From the NCBI GenBank assembly GCA_018831195.1, contig JAHJDP010000042.1, positions 292-64,291 on the forward strand: a stretch of 64,000 nt of DNA, read 5' to 3'. Positions 38,505 to 48,565 of this stretch are shown one piece after another. Each line of letters opens with the position of its first letter. The first letter of the stretch is position 1. The position numbers and the translations under genes were made by a program. Source of the stretch: Candidatus Eiseniibacteriota bacterium (GTDB lineage: Bacteria; Eisenbacteria; RBG-16-71-46; CAIMUX01; JAHJDP01). The notes below the pieces were generated by a model. The model did not search any database. It was not told the DNA's origin and was given only the letters and a program-made list of their open reading frames with translations.

Positions 38505-38927
38505 ATGAAATCACTCACAAAGCATCTGATTCTTAACATTCCCACCCGTATGGATTTTCTGAATATCACCCCTCAGGTTGTTGATCTCGTGACCGCAAGC
38601 GGCGTCAAAGAAGGCCTTTGTCTCGTCAATGCGATGCATATCACCGCTTCGGTTTTTATTAATGATGATGAACCGGGTTTGCATGAAGATTACAAACAAT
38701 GGCTGGAGCAATTGGCGCCGTTTGATCCCTCCCCGGAGCGTTATCACCATAATAGGACAGGAGAAGACAACGGCGACGCCCATCACAAACGGCAAATCAT
38801 GGGCCGGGAGGTCGTTGTCGCCATTACCGACGGCCGGCTGGATTTCGGCCCCTGGGAACAGATCTTCTACGGTGAGTTCGACGGCCGCCGCTCAAAAAGG
38901 GTGCTGGTGAAGATTATCGGGGAATAG
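38505..38927 (+). CDS. YjbQ/UPF0047 family protein (a secondary thiamine-phosphate synthase-like enzyme).
   Basis: The 140-aa product shows the YjbQ pattern: ...[36 protein letters not shown]...[35 protein letters not shown]. Confidence 0.75.
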   Translation: MKSLTKHLILNIPTRMDFLNITPQVVDLVTASGVKEGLCLVNAMHITASVFINDDEPGLHEDYKQWLEQLAPFDPSPERYHHNRTGEDNGDAHHKRQIMGREVVVAITDGRLDFGPWEQIFYGEFDGRRSKRVLVKIIGE

Positions 38928-38989
38928 AAAGAGGCTGCTCCACTTTTGTTTTGACCCCGGGGTAAAACAACTCCCGCTGCCGTTTGGGA

Positions 38990-41638
38990 TTAAGTCGCGA
39001 GTCCTACCCGCAGGCAGCGGACGCAGGCTATCGCTTCGTGATCGAGTTCGAAAAGATGTTCGAGTATCAGACTTGGACTGGCGACCTGATTCCCCTCACT
39101 CTGCATCCGCACATCGAGCGCGAGAAACGGGCCGGCGGAATCCCATCCGGCGGCTTTGAGGATCTCCAATTCGGGATATGCCGCCTCGAGACGAAGAACA
39201 GCTCTTTTAAGATCGATGGTTCTGAATCCCTTTTTGCTCTGTTTTTGAATCTCCCACGTGACGGCGGCAGCATAGGCGGCGAGCCGTTCGTGCAGCCATT
39301 CCGGCGTTCGCGGCGAACGCGATCCGTTAAACAATGATTCCATCGAGATGAGATATTTCGCCGATGTCGCCGCCACCGTTAGTCTCCGGCCCGCCGTTTC
39401 AATTTCGGAGGCATCACGCACCGTGATTCCATCCGGCAGGTACCTCTCGATATTGCAAATCTCGCCGGGGGGCACCGGCTGCATGAGATCAAGAACCGCG
39501 ATTTCACAAAGCGACTCGGTGCCGACTGAAAGCGGCGCGGCGATAATGAGCTTCGGCCGGGGGTTGAATCCCTTGCTGTAAGCCAGTGACATACCGGCAA
39601 GTTTGATGGCGCGTGCGAGTAAACGGCAAAGATCCAGGTGGCCGATGAATCGGGAAATGCCGAGCTTTCGGTAGACGAGCCGGATTCTCTGCGCCGGGAC
39701 CTCGGGATCGAGGCTCGAACCATGTGCCGGGCCGTCCCCCGTCTTTAACAGCAGCAACTCCTCCGCCGTGACCGCTTCGGCCAGTTGGATATCCGTCCCC
39801 GATCCGGGAACACCGCAGCCTGAACAATTCCCGCGGCGGCAATCCTCAAGGATGACGCCTTCTCGCGCCCGTTGTAGATCCTTGATGAGAAACTTCTTGT
39901 TGATCAAAATGTCGATGTGATCCCAGGGCAGGGGCTCCGAGGTCTCTTTTCTGCGGATGTAAGACAACGGATCAATACCCGCCGCGCGAAACGCCGCCTC
40001 CCAACTCGCGAGGGAAAAATGCTCGGACCAGCCGTCAAAGCGAGCCCCTCGCCGCCAAGCCTCATAGATCACAGCCGCCAAGCGGCGGTCGCCCTGTGAA
40101 TGGACCGCCTCGATATAAGAACTGTCGACATTGTGAAACTTCATGCGGGACCATTTGGTCTCGATCCGTGGTTTGAGAAAAGCGATCTTCTCTTTGAGAC
40201 TGTCCGGCGATTCAAAAGGTTCCCATTGGAAGGGTGTGTGGGATTTCGGTATAAAAGAACCGATGCTGGCCGTTACGCTGACCGACCCACCGAACTCGCG
40301 GCCGATTCCCCGGAGTTTCCCCATCATTTCGACGATTCCGTCAAGGTCCTCCTTGGTTTCAGTGGGCAGCCCGATCATGAAGTAGAGTTTGATCTGCCGC
40401 CAGCCCCGGCGGTATACGGCGCGAACCGTCTCATAGAACTCCGCGTCGGTGATCTGCTTATTGATGGCGAAACGGAGGCGCTCGGTGCCGGCTTCGGGCG
40501 CGAAGGTGAAACCGGACTTCCTGACCTGGCTGACCTTGTCGGCCAGGGCGACGCTAAAACGATCGGCCCGCAGGCTGGGCAAAGAAATGCCGATATGATC
40601 AGGCGAAAGACGGGTGGACAAGACGTCGGTGATCGCTTCGATCTGTGTGTGGTCGGCTGTCGAAAGACTGACAAGACTGACTTCATCCCAGCCCGATTGT
40701 CTAAGACCCTCTGTCGTCAATTCCGTAATGCGGCTGACCGACCGCTCGCGCAGCGGCCGGTAAAAATAGCCGGCCTGACAATAGCGGCAGCCCTGCGTGC
40801 AGCCCCGCAGAACTTCGACGCCCAACCGATCTTGTACAATTTCCTGTAACGGCACCAGGGGCTTGGTAGGATAAGCGGTTGTATTCAGATCCGCGACATA
40901 TCGGCGCTTTACTTTTTTGGGAATCGCCGGGTGGATCGGTTCGACTCTCAGCAGAGCCCCATCAGCGTCATATTCCGGCCGGTAGAGTGAGGGGACATAG
41001 ATCCCCTCGATTTGTGCGAGGGCCAGGAGTCTTTCAGCGCGCGGCGCGCCCTTCGTCGCGATGACGCCATCGCTGATCGCGTGAACGACCTCTTCACCGT
41101 CGCCGATCAGGATCGCGTCAAAGAAATCGGCCAGGGGTTCGGGATTCGTGGCGACCGGTCCGCCGGCGAAGATCAGCGGGTCGTCATCGGAGCGGTCCTT
41201 TTGCCAGATAGGGATGCCGGCCAGATCGAGCAGGTTCAGAATATTCGTGCCGGTCAGCTCGTATTGCAGCGAGATGCCGATAATGTCAAACTCCCGGGCC
41301 GGACGGTGTGTCTCAAGGCTGAAGAGGGGGATCCCCGCCCGCCGCATGCGCGCTTCCAGATCGATCCACGGGGAATAGGTTCGTTCCGCGAGGGCGTCGG
41401 GACGGCGATTGAGAATGTCATAGAGAGTTTTCAATCCCTGATGACTCATGCCGATCTCGTAAACTTCGGGAAGAATGAGCAGCCACTGCACGCGGACCTG
41501 TGCAGGATCCTTGCGTATCTGGTTTAATTCGCCGCCAAGGTAACGCATCGGATGCTCAACCAACGGCAGCTGCTCTTCCAGACGCCGCCGGAGTTCCCTG
41601 CTGTCCATCAAAGGCTCCTTATCCCGCTTGCTGCGCAT
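38990..41638 (-). CDS. B12-binding-like radical SAM protein of the TIGR03960 type, fused to a C-terminal DUF2344/TIGR03936 domain.
   Basis: A B12-binding-like N-terminal region is followed by the radical SAM cysteine motif CTQGCRYCQAGYF. The C-terminal ~230 aa (RLVYRKLGISRFIGHLDLCRLLARAIKLAGMSLAYSKGFNPRPK...) match the DUF2344 pattern. This fusion is common. Confidence 0.7.
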   Translation of the reverse strand: MRSKRDKEPLMDSRELRRRLEEQLPLVEHPMRYLGGELNQIRKDPAQVRVQWLLILPEVYEIGMSHQGLKTLYDILNRRPDALAERTYSPWIDLEARMRRAGIPLFSLETHRPAREFDIIGISLQYELTGTNILNLLDLAGIPIWQKDRSDDDPLIFAGGPVATNPEPLADFFDAILIGDGEEVVHAISDGVIATKGAPRAERLLALAQIEGIYVPSLYRPEYDADGALLRVEPIHPAIPKKVKRRYVADLNTTAYPTKPLVPLQEIVQDRLGVEVLRGCTQGCRYCQAGYFYRPLRERSVSRITELTTEGLRQSGWDEVSLVSLSTADHTQIEAITDVLSTRLSPDHIGISLPSLRADRFSVALADKVSQVRKSGFTFAPEAGTERLRFAINKQITDAEFYETVRAVYRRGWRQIKLYFMIGLPTETKEDLDGIVEMMGKLRGIGREFGGSVSVTASIGSFIPKSHTPFQWEPFESPDSLKEKIAFLKPRIETKWSRMKFHNVDSSYIEAVHSQGDRRLAAVIYEAWRRGARFDGWSEHFSLASWEAAFRAAGIDPLSYIRRKETSEPLPWDHIDILINKKFLIKDLQRAREGVILEDCRRGNCSGCGVPGSGTDIQLAEAVTAEELLLLKTGDGPAHGSSLDPEVPAQRIRLVYRKLGISRFIGHLDLCRLLARAIKLAGMSLAYSKGFNPRPKLIIAAPLSVGTESLCEIAVLDLMQPVPPGEICNIERYLPDGITVRDASEIETAGRRLTVAATSAKYLISMESLFNGSRSPRTPEWLHERLAAYAAAVTWEIQKQSKKGFRTIDLKRAVLRLEAAYPELEILKAAGWDSAGPFLALDVRMQSEGNQVASPSLILEHLFELDHEAIACVRCLRVGLAT

Positions 41639-42122
41639 AGATCCAATAGGGTTTCCCCCCGCGTAGAATCTCCCTCTCCCGTTTCATGTCGATCTTTTCC
41701 GCCACCCGCATCGATGCCGGGTTTTCGGGCCGGATAAAACTGATGAGTCGATCGATTTTTAAATCGTGAAAGGCATAATCACGAACCGCGCGAGCGGCTT
41801 CGGTCGCATATCCTTGATTCCAATAATCGCTCCGGAAATCATATCCGAGCTCGATCTCCCGGCGGCCGTCAAGATCTTGGCATTCGAGCCCGCAATCACC
41901 GATGAGAACGCCATCCTCTTTCAAGAGCACGGAGAAGAGGCCGTATCCATGGATCTTCTGGTGCTCAAGGTTGCGCGTGACCCATGCGGTCATTTGTTCG
42001 CGGGTAAACAAAATATTATCGAACGACTTCATCACCTTCGGGTCGGTGAAGATGACGAGAAAGGCGTCGATATCGTCCGCCGTCATCGGGCGGAGGAATA
42101 ACCGGCTGGTTTCTAGAGTCAT
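41619..42122 (-). CDS. GNAT family N-acetyltransferase (RimL/RimJ-like).
   Basis: The product reads MTLETSRLFLRPMTADDIDAFLVIFTDPKV...HGYGLFSVLLKEDGVLIGDCGLE...GYDFRSDYWNQGYATEAARAV. A GGAGG RBS lies 4 nt upstream of the ATG at 42120-42122. The longer six-frame ORF to 42272 has no support. Confidence 0.7.
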   Translation of the reverse strand: MTLETSRLFLRPMTADDIDAFLVIFTDPKVMKSFDNILFTREQMTAWVTRNLEHQKIHGYGLFSVLLKEDGVLIGDCGLECQDLDGRREIELGYDFRSDYWNQGYATEAARAVRDYAFHDLKIDRLISFIRPENPASMRVAEKIDMKREREILRGGKPYWIYAQQAG

Positions 42123-42168
42123 GCGGCCTCCGGATGAGTTATTGAATGCGGAGTTCGTGAAGAGTTCG

Positions 42169-42786
42169 TCAAGACTCTCCGATCTCCTCAAGAATCTCCA
42201 AGAACGCCTGCACCGGGTTCTGCGCCGTGAGTGTGGCTCGAATGGCGGCGATACCATACGCGCCGGATTCAATGCAACTCCGCGTGTTGGCTGCAGTGAT
42301 CCCTCCCAGGGCGAAGACGGGAATCGAGAGTTGAGAGACTATTTTACGAAACATCTCCAATCCCATTGCCGGCCCCTTTCCGGGAGTCGCAAAGACGGGG
42401 CTGAGTGTTATGAAATCGGCGCCCGTGTTTTGCGCTTGCATCGCCCCCTCGAGGTCGTGACACGAGACGCCGATCAAGGGATCGGGACCGAGGCGGGCCC
42501 TGATCTCCGCCGTCGCAAGACCGCGTTCCGGGCGATGAAGACCTAAATGCCGCGCCTGCGCGACCTCGATGTCTGTATTGACCAATACGGAAACCTGATC
42601 TCCGATGTTGGGGAGAAGGGCGTCGACAAATTTCAACAGCTTCTGCTGTGAAAGGTCTTTCTCGCGGATCTGCAATCCCCGCAGGCCGGCGGCAATGAGG
42701 GCTTTTAGGATTTCGGCCTGTTTCTCGGCACCCACCGCTTTGCGGTCGGTGATCTGGTAGTAACGGAAATTGACTCTATCCGACAT
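42169..42786 (-). CDS. thiE: Thiamine-phosphate synthase.
   Basis: The product reads ...YQITDRK...GLRGLQIREKDL...HLGLHRPERGL...LIGVSCHDLEGAMQAQNTGADFITLSPVFATPGK...PVFALGGIT. This is the canonical ThiE pattern. Confidence 0.9.
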   Translation of the reverse strand: MSDRVNFRYYQITDRKAVGAEKQAEILKALIAAGLRGLQIREKDLSQQKLLKFVDALLPNIGDQVSVLVNTDIEVAQARHLGLHRPERGLATAEIRARLGPDPLIGVSCHDLEGAMQAQNTGADFITLSPVFATPGKGPAMGLEMFRKIVSQLSIPVFALGGITAANTRSCIESGAYGIAAIRATLTAQNPVQAFLEILEEIGES

Positions 42787-42795
42787 CGGCCGGGA

Positions 42796-43632
42796 TCAAG
42801 CCGTCTCGACAACACCGGTCAGGGGACTCGATGCGGTGGCGTAGAGCTTGCGCGGAATCCGTCCCGATTCAAAAGCGAGACGTCCCGCCTGCATGGCATG
42901 ATACATTGATGCCGCCATCTTGACCGGATCTTTTGCGCCGGCGACCGCTGTGTTTAACAAAACGGCGTCGCACCCCATCTCCATCGCCACGGCGACATCG
43001 GAGGCGATCCCGACGCCGGCATCGACAATCACCGGCACCTTCGCCTGTTCCAGGATGATGCGGATATTATAGGGATTACGGATTCCCAACCCCGACCCAA
43101 TCGGAGCTCCCAGGGGCATGACGGCCGCGCATCCGATCTCCTGCAGCCTCAAGCAGGCGACAGGATCATCGGTGACATAGGGCAGGACGGTGAACCCGTC
43201 GGCGATCAGCACCTTCGCCGCCTCGATCGTCTGCGGGACATCGGGAAAGAGGGTTTTATCGTCGCCGATCACCTCGAGCTTGATCAGGTCGGTCCCAAGG
43301 GCTTCCCGGGCCAGCTGCGCCGTGAGGATGGCGTCTTTCGCCGAATAACATCCGGCCGTGTTGGGCAGCAGCGTGATTTTGTCACGATCAATAAAATCGA
43401 GAAGCGAGGGGCCTTTGGCGCGGTCCAGATTCACCCGGCGGATGGCTACGGTGACAAATTCCGTTCGGGCCGCTTCAAAGGCTTTGGCCATCGTTTCAAA
43501 ATCAACGTACTTTCCTGTCCCCAAAATCAAACGGGATTTAAAAATCCGATCTCCAATGAGGAGACCTTCCATGGCGCCGCGTCCTGAACCGGCTCCCTGT
43601 CCGCCCACGGCATCCTTTGCATAACAACGCAT
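42796..43632 (-). CDS. thiG: Thiazole synthase.
   Basis: The product reads [19 protein letters not shown]...[10 protein letters not shown]...LLPNTAGC...[14 protein letters not shown]...[15 protein letters not shown]. The start was chosen at the ATG 43630-43632, which has a strong GGAGGTG RBS 10 nt after the thiS stop codon. A shorter alternative start at 43572 (MEGLLIGD...) is also possible. Confidence 0.9.
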   Translation of the reverse strand: MRCYAKDAVGGQGAGSGRGAMEGLLIGDRIFKSRLILGTGKYVDFETMAKAFEAARTEFVTVAIRRVNLDRAKGPSLLDFIDRDKITLLPNTAGCYSAKDAILTAQLAREALGTDLIKLEVIGDDKTLFPDVPQTIEAAKVLIADGFTVLPYVTDDPVACLRLQEIGCAAVMPLGAPIGSGLGIRNPYNIRIILEQAKVPVIVDAGVGIASDVAVAMEMGCDAVLLNTAVAGAKDPVKMAASMYHAMQAGRLAFESGRIPRKLYATASSPLTGVVETA

Positions 43633-43642
43633 TTTCACCTCC

Positions 43643-43852
43643 TCAGCCGCCCTGAACGGCTTCAATAATCTCGATCCGGTCTCCATCCTTCAATACAACC
43701 CGGGATATATCACGTCGGGGAACAACAGTGTTATTGATCGCCACAGCGATGCCGCGGCTTTCCGTTCCGTATTCCAGCGCTTTCAGTAGGGATTCCAATT
43801 CAGGAGTCCCTTCGTAATCTTGCGGGATTCCATTGATGACCAATCTCATCAT
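43643..43852 (-). CDS. thiS: Sulfur-carrier protein ThiS.
   Basis: The 69-aa product ends ...IEAVQGG (C-terminal Gly-Gly) and reads [23 protein letters not shown].... Confidence 0.8.
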   Translation of the reverse strand: MMRLVINGIPQDYEGTPELESLLKALEYGTESRGIAVAINNTVVPRRDISRVVLKDGDRIEIIEAVQGG

Positions 43853-43862
43853 AGCTTACTCC

Positions 43863-46781
43863 TCAGGATGAAACCAGGCTCGGCAACCGGCTGAGTGAGA
43901 GGTTCACCGAGATTCGAAATGTCGTCGGAATATCGTAATTGAAGGGATCCGCAAGCGCCGTCTGATAGGTTGAAATGAATCCTTCGCCGTTGCGATCTAT
44001 CATCGCTTGTCCTTCCTGGCTCTGCAGGAAGCCGTCATCATCCGCCTCTCCGGTGGCCCGGTAAACACGCAGGGCGTTGCGCCGTCCCGTCACATTGAGG
44101 ATTTCAAATCGGACCGCCAGCTCACGCTGCTGGAAGTTCCATTCTTTCACGGCGGAAAGGTCGATCCGGAAAGTATGCGGCATTCGTCCTGAATGCGGAT
44201 CGCCGATGCCGGTTATCTCAGCCGGGCCGACCAGGGCTTCGGCATTAACGGCGATCGGCGTATAAGGCCGTCCGCTTTCCCAGCGCGTGGCCAAACCCAG
44301 GGCCCAGTCGGTGAAGGGCGACAACCAGGCGCTGCGGCTCCGCATCGGTGTCTTATAAATGAGAGCCAGCCTGAAGCGATGCGTTTGATCGAGTGTGTGG
44401 GGTCGATAGCCGGCCCCGGCCCAGGCGGCGACAGGCGTGTTAAAGGTGTCGGTCGTTTCACGAACCCGTTCTGTTCCAATGGGGAGGTCGGGTTCATACC
44501 AGCCGCCATCCAGCGACAACGGCCCGCCCCCTTTGAATTCCATGCGGGAAAGATCGTAGGAGGCATAAATCCAAAATCCTGTTTTAGGAAGGTGTTGTGA
44601 TGACCGCGCGTCGATATGGATCCCCCGCGTGCGCTGCTTTCCTGAATCATCAATATAGACAAGAGAGCCGGATTCAACTGAAGTCGCCTTCTCAACCCAG
44701 GCGTGGCGGGTCAGCGATCCGTAAAGGGCGGCTTGCATGAGGAGGGGCTGTGCGCCATCCCATTTTTGTAAAAGCCATCCGAGCAGAGGAATGCGGCGCT
44801 TTTCCACGGGGAACCTCAGGCCGGCCTCTATCTGCGTTTCGCCCTCGGCCCCAAGATGCGGATTGCCGAGTGGAGCCTCGAATTGTTTAAGATAGACCGA
44901 CCGCTGCAGGAAAACGGGATCCATGCCGAGCGCCAGCAGGGGCGGCCGGTTGACCTTTTCCTGGCCGCGGATCCAGACCGTCGATTCGTTGATGAGAATG
45001 GAATGCCCGATGGAACCGCCGATCCCGCCGGCCCAGCCGGGTTTTTCGAGCAATGCATTGAAATCCTCGGAAGAGGAATCCGCCGCGGGAAGATGAGTCC
45101 AGTCCGCCGGTCCCAAGTGATTCGATTTGAACCAACGCCCGTAAATCGAGACTTGCCATAGACCGCCGGTTCCGGCGCTCTCCCATAGGAGTCCGGTTTG
45201 AAGCTCCGGCACCTCCAGTTGACTGGATGCATCCCGGTCGATGGCATCAATTGTATAACCGAATCTTTGGACGGATTGATACCCGCCTCCTTCAACGCCG
45301 CGGTAAATTTGCTTCGGATCGAGGTGCTCGTAATGCCGGACCGTATGGCGGGTGAGGGATAAATCGGCTCGTAGGCGTGAATCTTTGCTGATCATTGACT
45401 CCCAGGAGGCTCCGGCGTTCCAGGAGTTTGTTACATTGAGCTGGTAGTTTTCATAAATGTGACCCTCGTCGATAAACATCGTCGACGGATCGTCTCCACG
45501 CCATTCGGTACTGTCGCTGACGGTGGCGGCGTTGCCGTCGGGCCGCCCATAGCTTTCCAGATCTTCGAGGTAGAAACCGTCGCTGATCTCCCTGAAGTTC
45601 CTTGAATACTGCGTTTGGATGCGGAGCCGATGCCGCCAGGGGCCGCGGGTCCCTTCCTGATCCAGATGTTTTGTATAAGGGAATTCCTTTTCGAGGCCCG
45701 CGTTCCATGCAATGGATGCCGATTCCTCGTGAGGAGAGTGATCCTGGTTTTGCCCGAAAGACTTCAGCAGGTAATCCTGCTCTTTCCCCGTCCCCGCGAA
45801 GGAGGAGGTGAGTTTCCAAGATTGGAGCGATCGGCCGGCGCTCCACAGCTGAAGGTTTCCATAAATCTCCTGTTCATGCAACTCGCTGTGGGTTCTGGGA
45901 TTATCCGCCGTAATCCTCGGATAGGGATCTTCATCGCTTCGATAACGGCCGACGATCTCCAGGTCGCCGCGGAATGGTTTCTGCGGATTCCAAATCGCGC
46001 GGCCCGTGCCATCCATCCGCTGATAGGAGTCCGTCCGCCCGACACCGAAAAGCCCGGTGCGGGTATCCTGCCGTCCAAGACGGGCGGCGCGCCAACCGTC
46101 AGGAGCCCATGGGGCGGTGAGTGATGCGAGGCCGCTGCTCGCCCGGCCTATGGCCATCGGAAGGTCGACTGAGAGGGGTTCCCGTTGCGCCGGATTGTTC
46201 AACTCGAGCGTTTCCCAGCTGGAGACGCTGCGCCGTTTGGGGAATGTTGACAATTGTTTAAGCTGATCAATGCCGCTGCCGGGAAGATAAAGGGCCGGCT
46301 CTTCGAGCCCGATCAGAGCGGCGGTGGGATTCAGAATGTGCAGAATCGGGGGGCCCTGATCCTGAAGGATCCAACGTGTCCGGGTGCCCGGCGCGACATC
46401 GATTTTCCATGCACTCCATCCGGTTTCAATCCCCGGCCGCAAAAGGCGCCATTGATACGATCCGGCGGGCAATCCCCAGAAGATCGCACGGAGCCGGCCA
46501 GACGCATCCGGCGGGTTCAAAGAGGACCGATAGCATACATCGTCGCCTCCCCGGAGCTCGAGGATTCCCCCATAAAATTCCACCTCGCCGTCCTCCGGAG
46601 TGGAAAAGGGGAGGCACATTTCCAGATCCCCTTCGACTGAAACGGCCTGGGTTGAGTGCAACGGAATCGCGGCAAGGAGGATGATGAGAACGGCCGGCAG
46701 AAACCGCTGCAAGCGGGCCGGATCGACCCTGCCTGTGATGGAAGGCAGACTGCGAACCGTATCAAGTGAACGTTCAATCAT
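43863..46781 (-). CDS. Large outer-membrane protein (~970 aa). It is probably a β-barrel, TonB-dependent-receptor-like, but it lacks the canonical C-terminal Phe.
   Basis: An N-terminal signal/anchor (FLPAVLIILLAAIPLHSTQA) is followed by long amphipathic β-rich sequence. The C-terminus reads ...TTFRISVNLSLSRLPSLVSS. The ATG at 46779-46781 has a GGAGG RBS. thiS-thiG-thiE follow only 10 nt downstream. Homology is not secure. Confidence 0.35.
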   Translation of the reverse strand: MIERSLDTVRSLPSITGRVDPARLQRFLPAVLIILLAAIPLHSTQAVSVEGDLEMCLPFSTPEDGEVEFYGGILELRGGDDVCYRSSLNPPDASGRLRAIFWGLPAGSYQWRLLRPGIETGWSAWKIDVAPGTRTRWILQDQGPPILHILNPTAALIGLEEPALYLPGSGIDQLKQLSTFPKRRSVSSWETLELNNPAQREPLSVDLPMAIGRASSGLASLTAPWAPDGWRAARLGRQDTRTGLFGVGRTDSYQRMDGTGRAIWNPQKPFRGDLEIVGRYRSDEDPYPRITADNPRTHSELHEQEIYGNLQLWSAGRSLQSWKLTSSFAGTGKEQDYLLKSFGQNQDHSPHEESASIAWNAGLEKEFPYTKHLDQEGTRGPWRHRLRIQTQYSRNFREISDGFYLEDLESYGRPDGNAATVSDSTEWRGDDPSTMFIDEGHIYENYQLNVTNSWNAGASWESMISKDSRLRADLSLTRHTVRHYEHLDPKQIYRGVEGGGYQSVQRFGYTIDAIDRDASSQLEVPELQTGLLWESAGTGGLWQVSIYGRWFKSNHLGPADWTHLPAADSSSEDFNALLEKPGWAGGIGGSIGHSILINESTVWIRGQEKVNRPPLLALGMDPVFLQRSVYLKQFEAPLGNPHLGAEGETQIEAGLRFPVEKRRIPLLGWLLQKWDGAQPLLMQAALYGSLTRHAWVEKATSVESGSLVYIDDSGKQRTRGIHIDARSSQHLPKTGFWIYASYDLSRMEFKGGGPLSLDGGWYEPDLPIGTERVRETTDTFNTPVAAWAGAGYRPHTLDQTHRFRLALIYKTPMRSRSAWLSPFTDWALGLATRWESGRPYTPIAVNAEALVGPAEITGIGDPHSGRMPHTFRIDLSAVKEWNFQQRELAVRFEILNVTGRRNALRVYRATGEADDDGFLQSQEGQAMIDRNGEGFISTYQTALADPFNYDIPTTFRISVNLSLSRLPSLVSS

Positions 46782-46900
46782 GAAAACCACCCTCCATCCC
46801 CGGTCACTGAATCGTATCCGACTTGGCCCGGCCTGGCCAGGGTTCAGATACGAAGCTGTCACCCCATCCGGCGGAGTTCCATAAAAACTTTCAAAAAAGA

Positions 46901-46935
46901 AACCGGGGTGGGAGATCCCACCCCGGATAGAACAC
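46901..46935 (-). terminator. Rho-independent terminator after lat.
   Basis: The minus strand reads CCGGGGTGGGA-TCTC-CCACCCCGG followed by TTTCTTTTTTG. Confidence 0.65.
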
Positions 46936-46951
46936 ACTTTCTATCTGAGAA

Positions 46952-48292
46952 TCAGGCCTTTCCGGCGGCGACGACCGTCTTGATCGCCGCCTCGATCTTG
47001 TCGATGCCCGCCTCCAGAACCTCTCTCGAGATGTCGAGGGAGGGCCGGACCCGAATCGAACGCCGGCCGCACGGAAGGGCGATGACACCATTCTCATAGA
47101 TCTTTGCCAGCATTTCTTTCCGCGAAAATCCGTCGCTTACGCTGAAGGCGCACATCAGGCCCCGGCCCCGGGCGTTTTCAATACCGCCGCCCAGTTCCGC
47201 CTGCAGTTTCTGAAACCTGCCGAGAAGGATTTCGCCGGATGTGCGGGCCCGATCGACGAGCTTCTCTTCCTCGATGATCTCCAGATGTAGCCGGCTGCGG
47301 ATCATATCCACAAAGTTGCCGCCCCAAGTGGAGTTCAAACGGCTGGAGACTTTGAAGACGTTGTCGACATCATCGATTCGGCCGGTAACCATGATGCCGC
47401 AGACCTGCGTCTTCTTGCCGAAGCAGACAATATCAGGCGTGATGTTAAAGTGCTGGAACGCCCACATCTTGCCGGTCAAACCCAAGCCCGATTGGACTTC
47501 ATCAAAAATGAGAAGGATTTCGTTCTCGTCGCAAATCTTGCGGAGCGCTTCAAAGAACTCACCGCGGAAATGATTGTCGCCCCCCTCGCCCTGAATCGGC
47601 TCAATGATGAGTCCGGCGATCTCATGGGGGCTCGCCTGCAACGCCTGATGAATCTCAGCGATGGCCTGTGTTTCAGCCGCTTCCACCGCTTTCAGATTTT
47701 CGCCTTCCAGGGGGAAGGTGATCCAGGGCGTTGTGATCCGGGGCCAGTCGAATTTTGGGAAGTGGGCGGTTTTACGGAGATCGAATGAGTCGGTGAGACT
47801 CATTGTGTATCCGGTCCGGCCATGGAAGCAATGGCGGAAGTGGATGATCTTCGATCCCTCTTTGTCGATCCCCTTCGCCTTATTCTTATGATACTTCCAA
47901 TCAAAGGCCGTCTTCAGCGCGTTTTCGACCGCGAGACCGCCGCCCTCGATAAAGAAGAGATGCTTGAACGATTTTGGGACCGCCACGCGGCCGAAGGTCT
48001 CGACATATTCAGCCATCTCCACCGTATAGACATCGGAGTTGCTCGGTTTGTGTAAGGCGGCGCGGCCGAGATATTCAATCGTCTCCTGGTTGCACATTCG
48101 GGGATGATTCATCCCGATAGGCTGGGACGCAAAGAACGAGAAGAAATCAACGAAGTCCCGCCCGGATCTGGCATCATGCACCATGGCGCCCTTACTTTTC
48201 TCGAGATCAAGAACAATATCCATTCCGTCCACGAGCATATAGCGACCGAGGTTCTCGTGAACGCGGTCCGCTGGAATCCGAATTCTTACCAT
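46952..48292 (-). CDS. lat: L-lysine 6-transaminase (lysine ε-aminotransferase; class III PLP aminotransferase).
   Basis: The product aligns closely with actinobacterial LAT: RVHENLGRYMLVDGMDIVLDL; FASQPIGMNHP; HKPSNSDVYTVEMAEYVETF; FIEGGGLAVENALKTAFDWK; PIQGEGGDNHFR; and the PLP-Lys segment IVCFGKKTQVCG. The ATG at 48290-48292 has a GGGAGG RBS. Confidence 0.85.
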   Translation of the reverse strand: MVRIRIPADRVHENLGRYMLVDGMDIVLDLEKSKGAMVHDARSGRDFVDFFSFFASQPIGMNHPRMCNQETIEYLGRAALHKPSNSDVYTVEMAEYVETFGRVAVPKSFKHLFFIEGGGLAVENALKTAFDWKYHKNKAKGIDKEGSKIIHFRHCFHGRTGYTMSLTDSFDLRKTAHFPKFDWPRITTPWITFPLEGENLKAVEAAETQAIAEIHQALQASPHEIAGLIIEPIQGEGGDNHFRGEFFEALRKICDENEILLIFDEVQSGLGLTGKMWAFQHFNITPDIVCFGKKTQVCGIMVTGRIDDVDNVFKVSSRLNSTWGGNFVDMIRSRLHLEIIEEEKLVDRARTSGEILLGRFQKLQAELGGGIENARGRGLMCAFSVSDGFSRKEMLAKIYENGVIALPCGRRSIRVRPSLDISREVLEAGIDKIEAAIKTVVAAGKA

Positions 48293-48565
48293 GGTAAACC
48301 TCCCCAGGTTTGGAAGCCTGTGCCTCACCCGGCCGCCAGGCGGCCCCCAGTAATGGAAAGGGACAAGGTGAAAATGGCGTAACATATTGCTATTAAGTGG
48401 GATGGGCCAGGATCCCCAATCAAAGGTCGGGGTCCTGGCCCTCACCACTTGATAATGGTAAGGTCAGGGGGCTGAAACTTTCAACCCCAGTAAAATCAAT
48501 TTGGGAAAAAGATATCTTATAGGGTGAGGCCTCCCAAAAGGACCTCTCCCAGGGGAATCATCGGC

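Noticed and set aside
46786-46900. Possible TPP riboswitch in the leader of the outer-membrane-protein/thiSGE operon (GGGGTG … TCTGAACCC)
   Set aside because: It lacks the CUGAGA and GCGUAGGG blocks and the ACCCUUUGAACCUGAUC core. It is only a superficial resemblance. It is flagged as worth a covariance-model search, but I do not call it.
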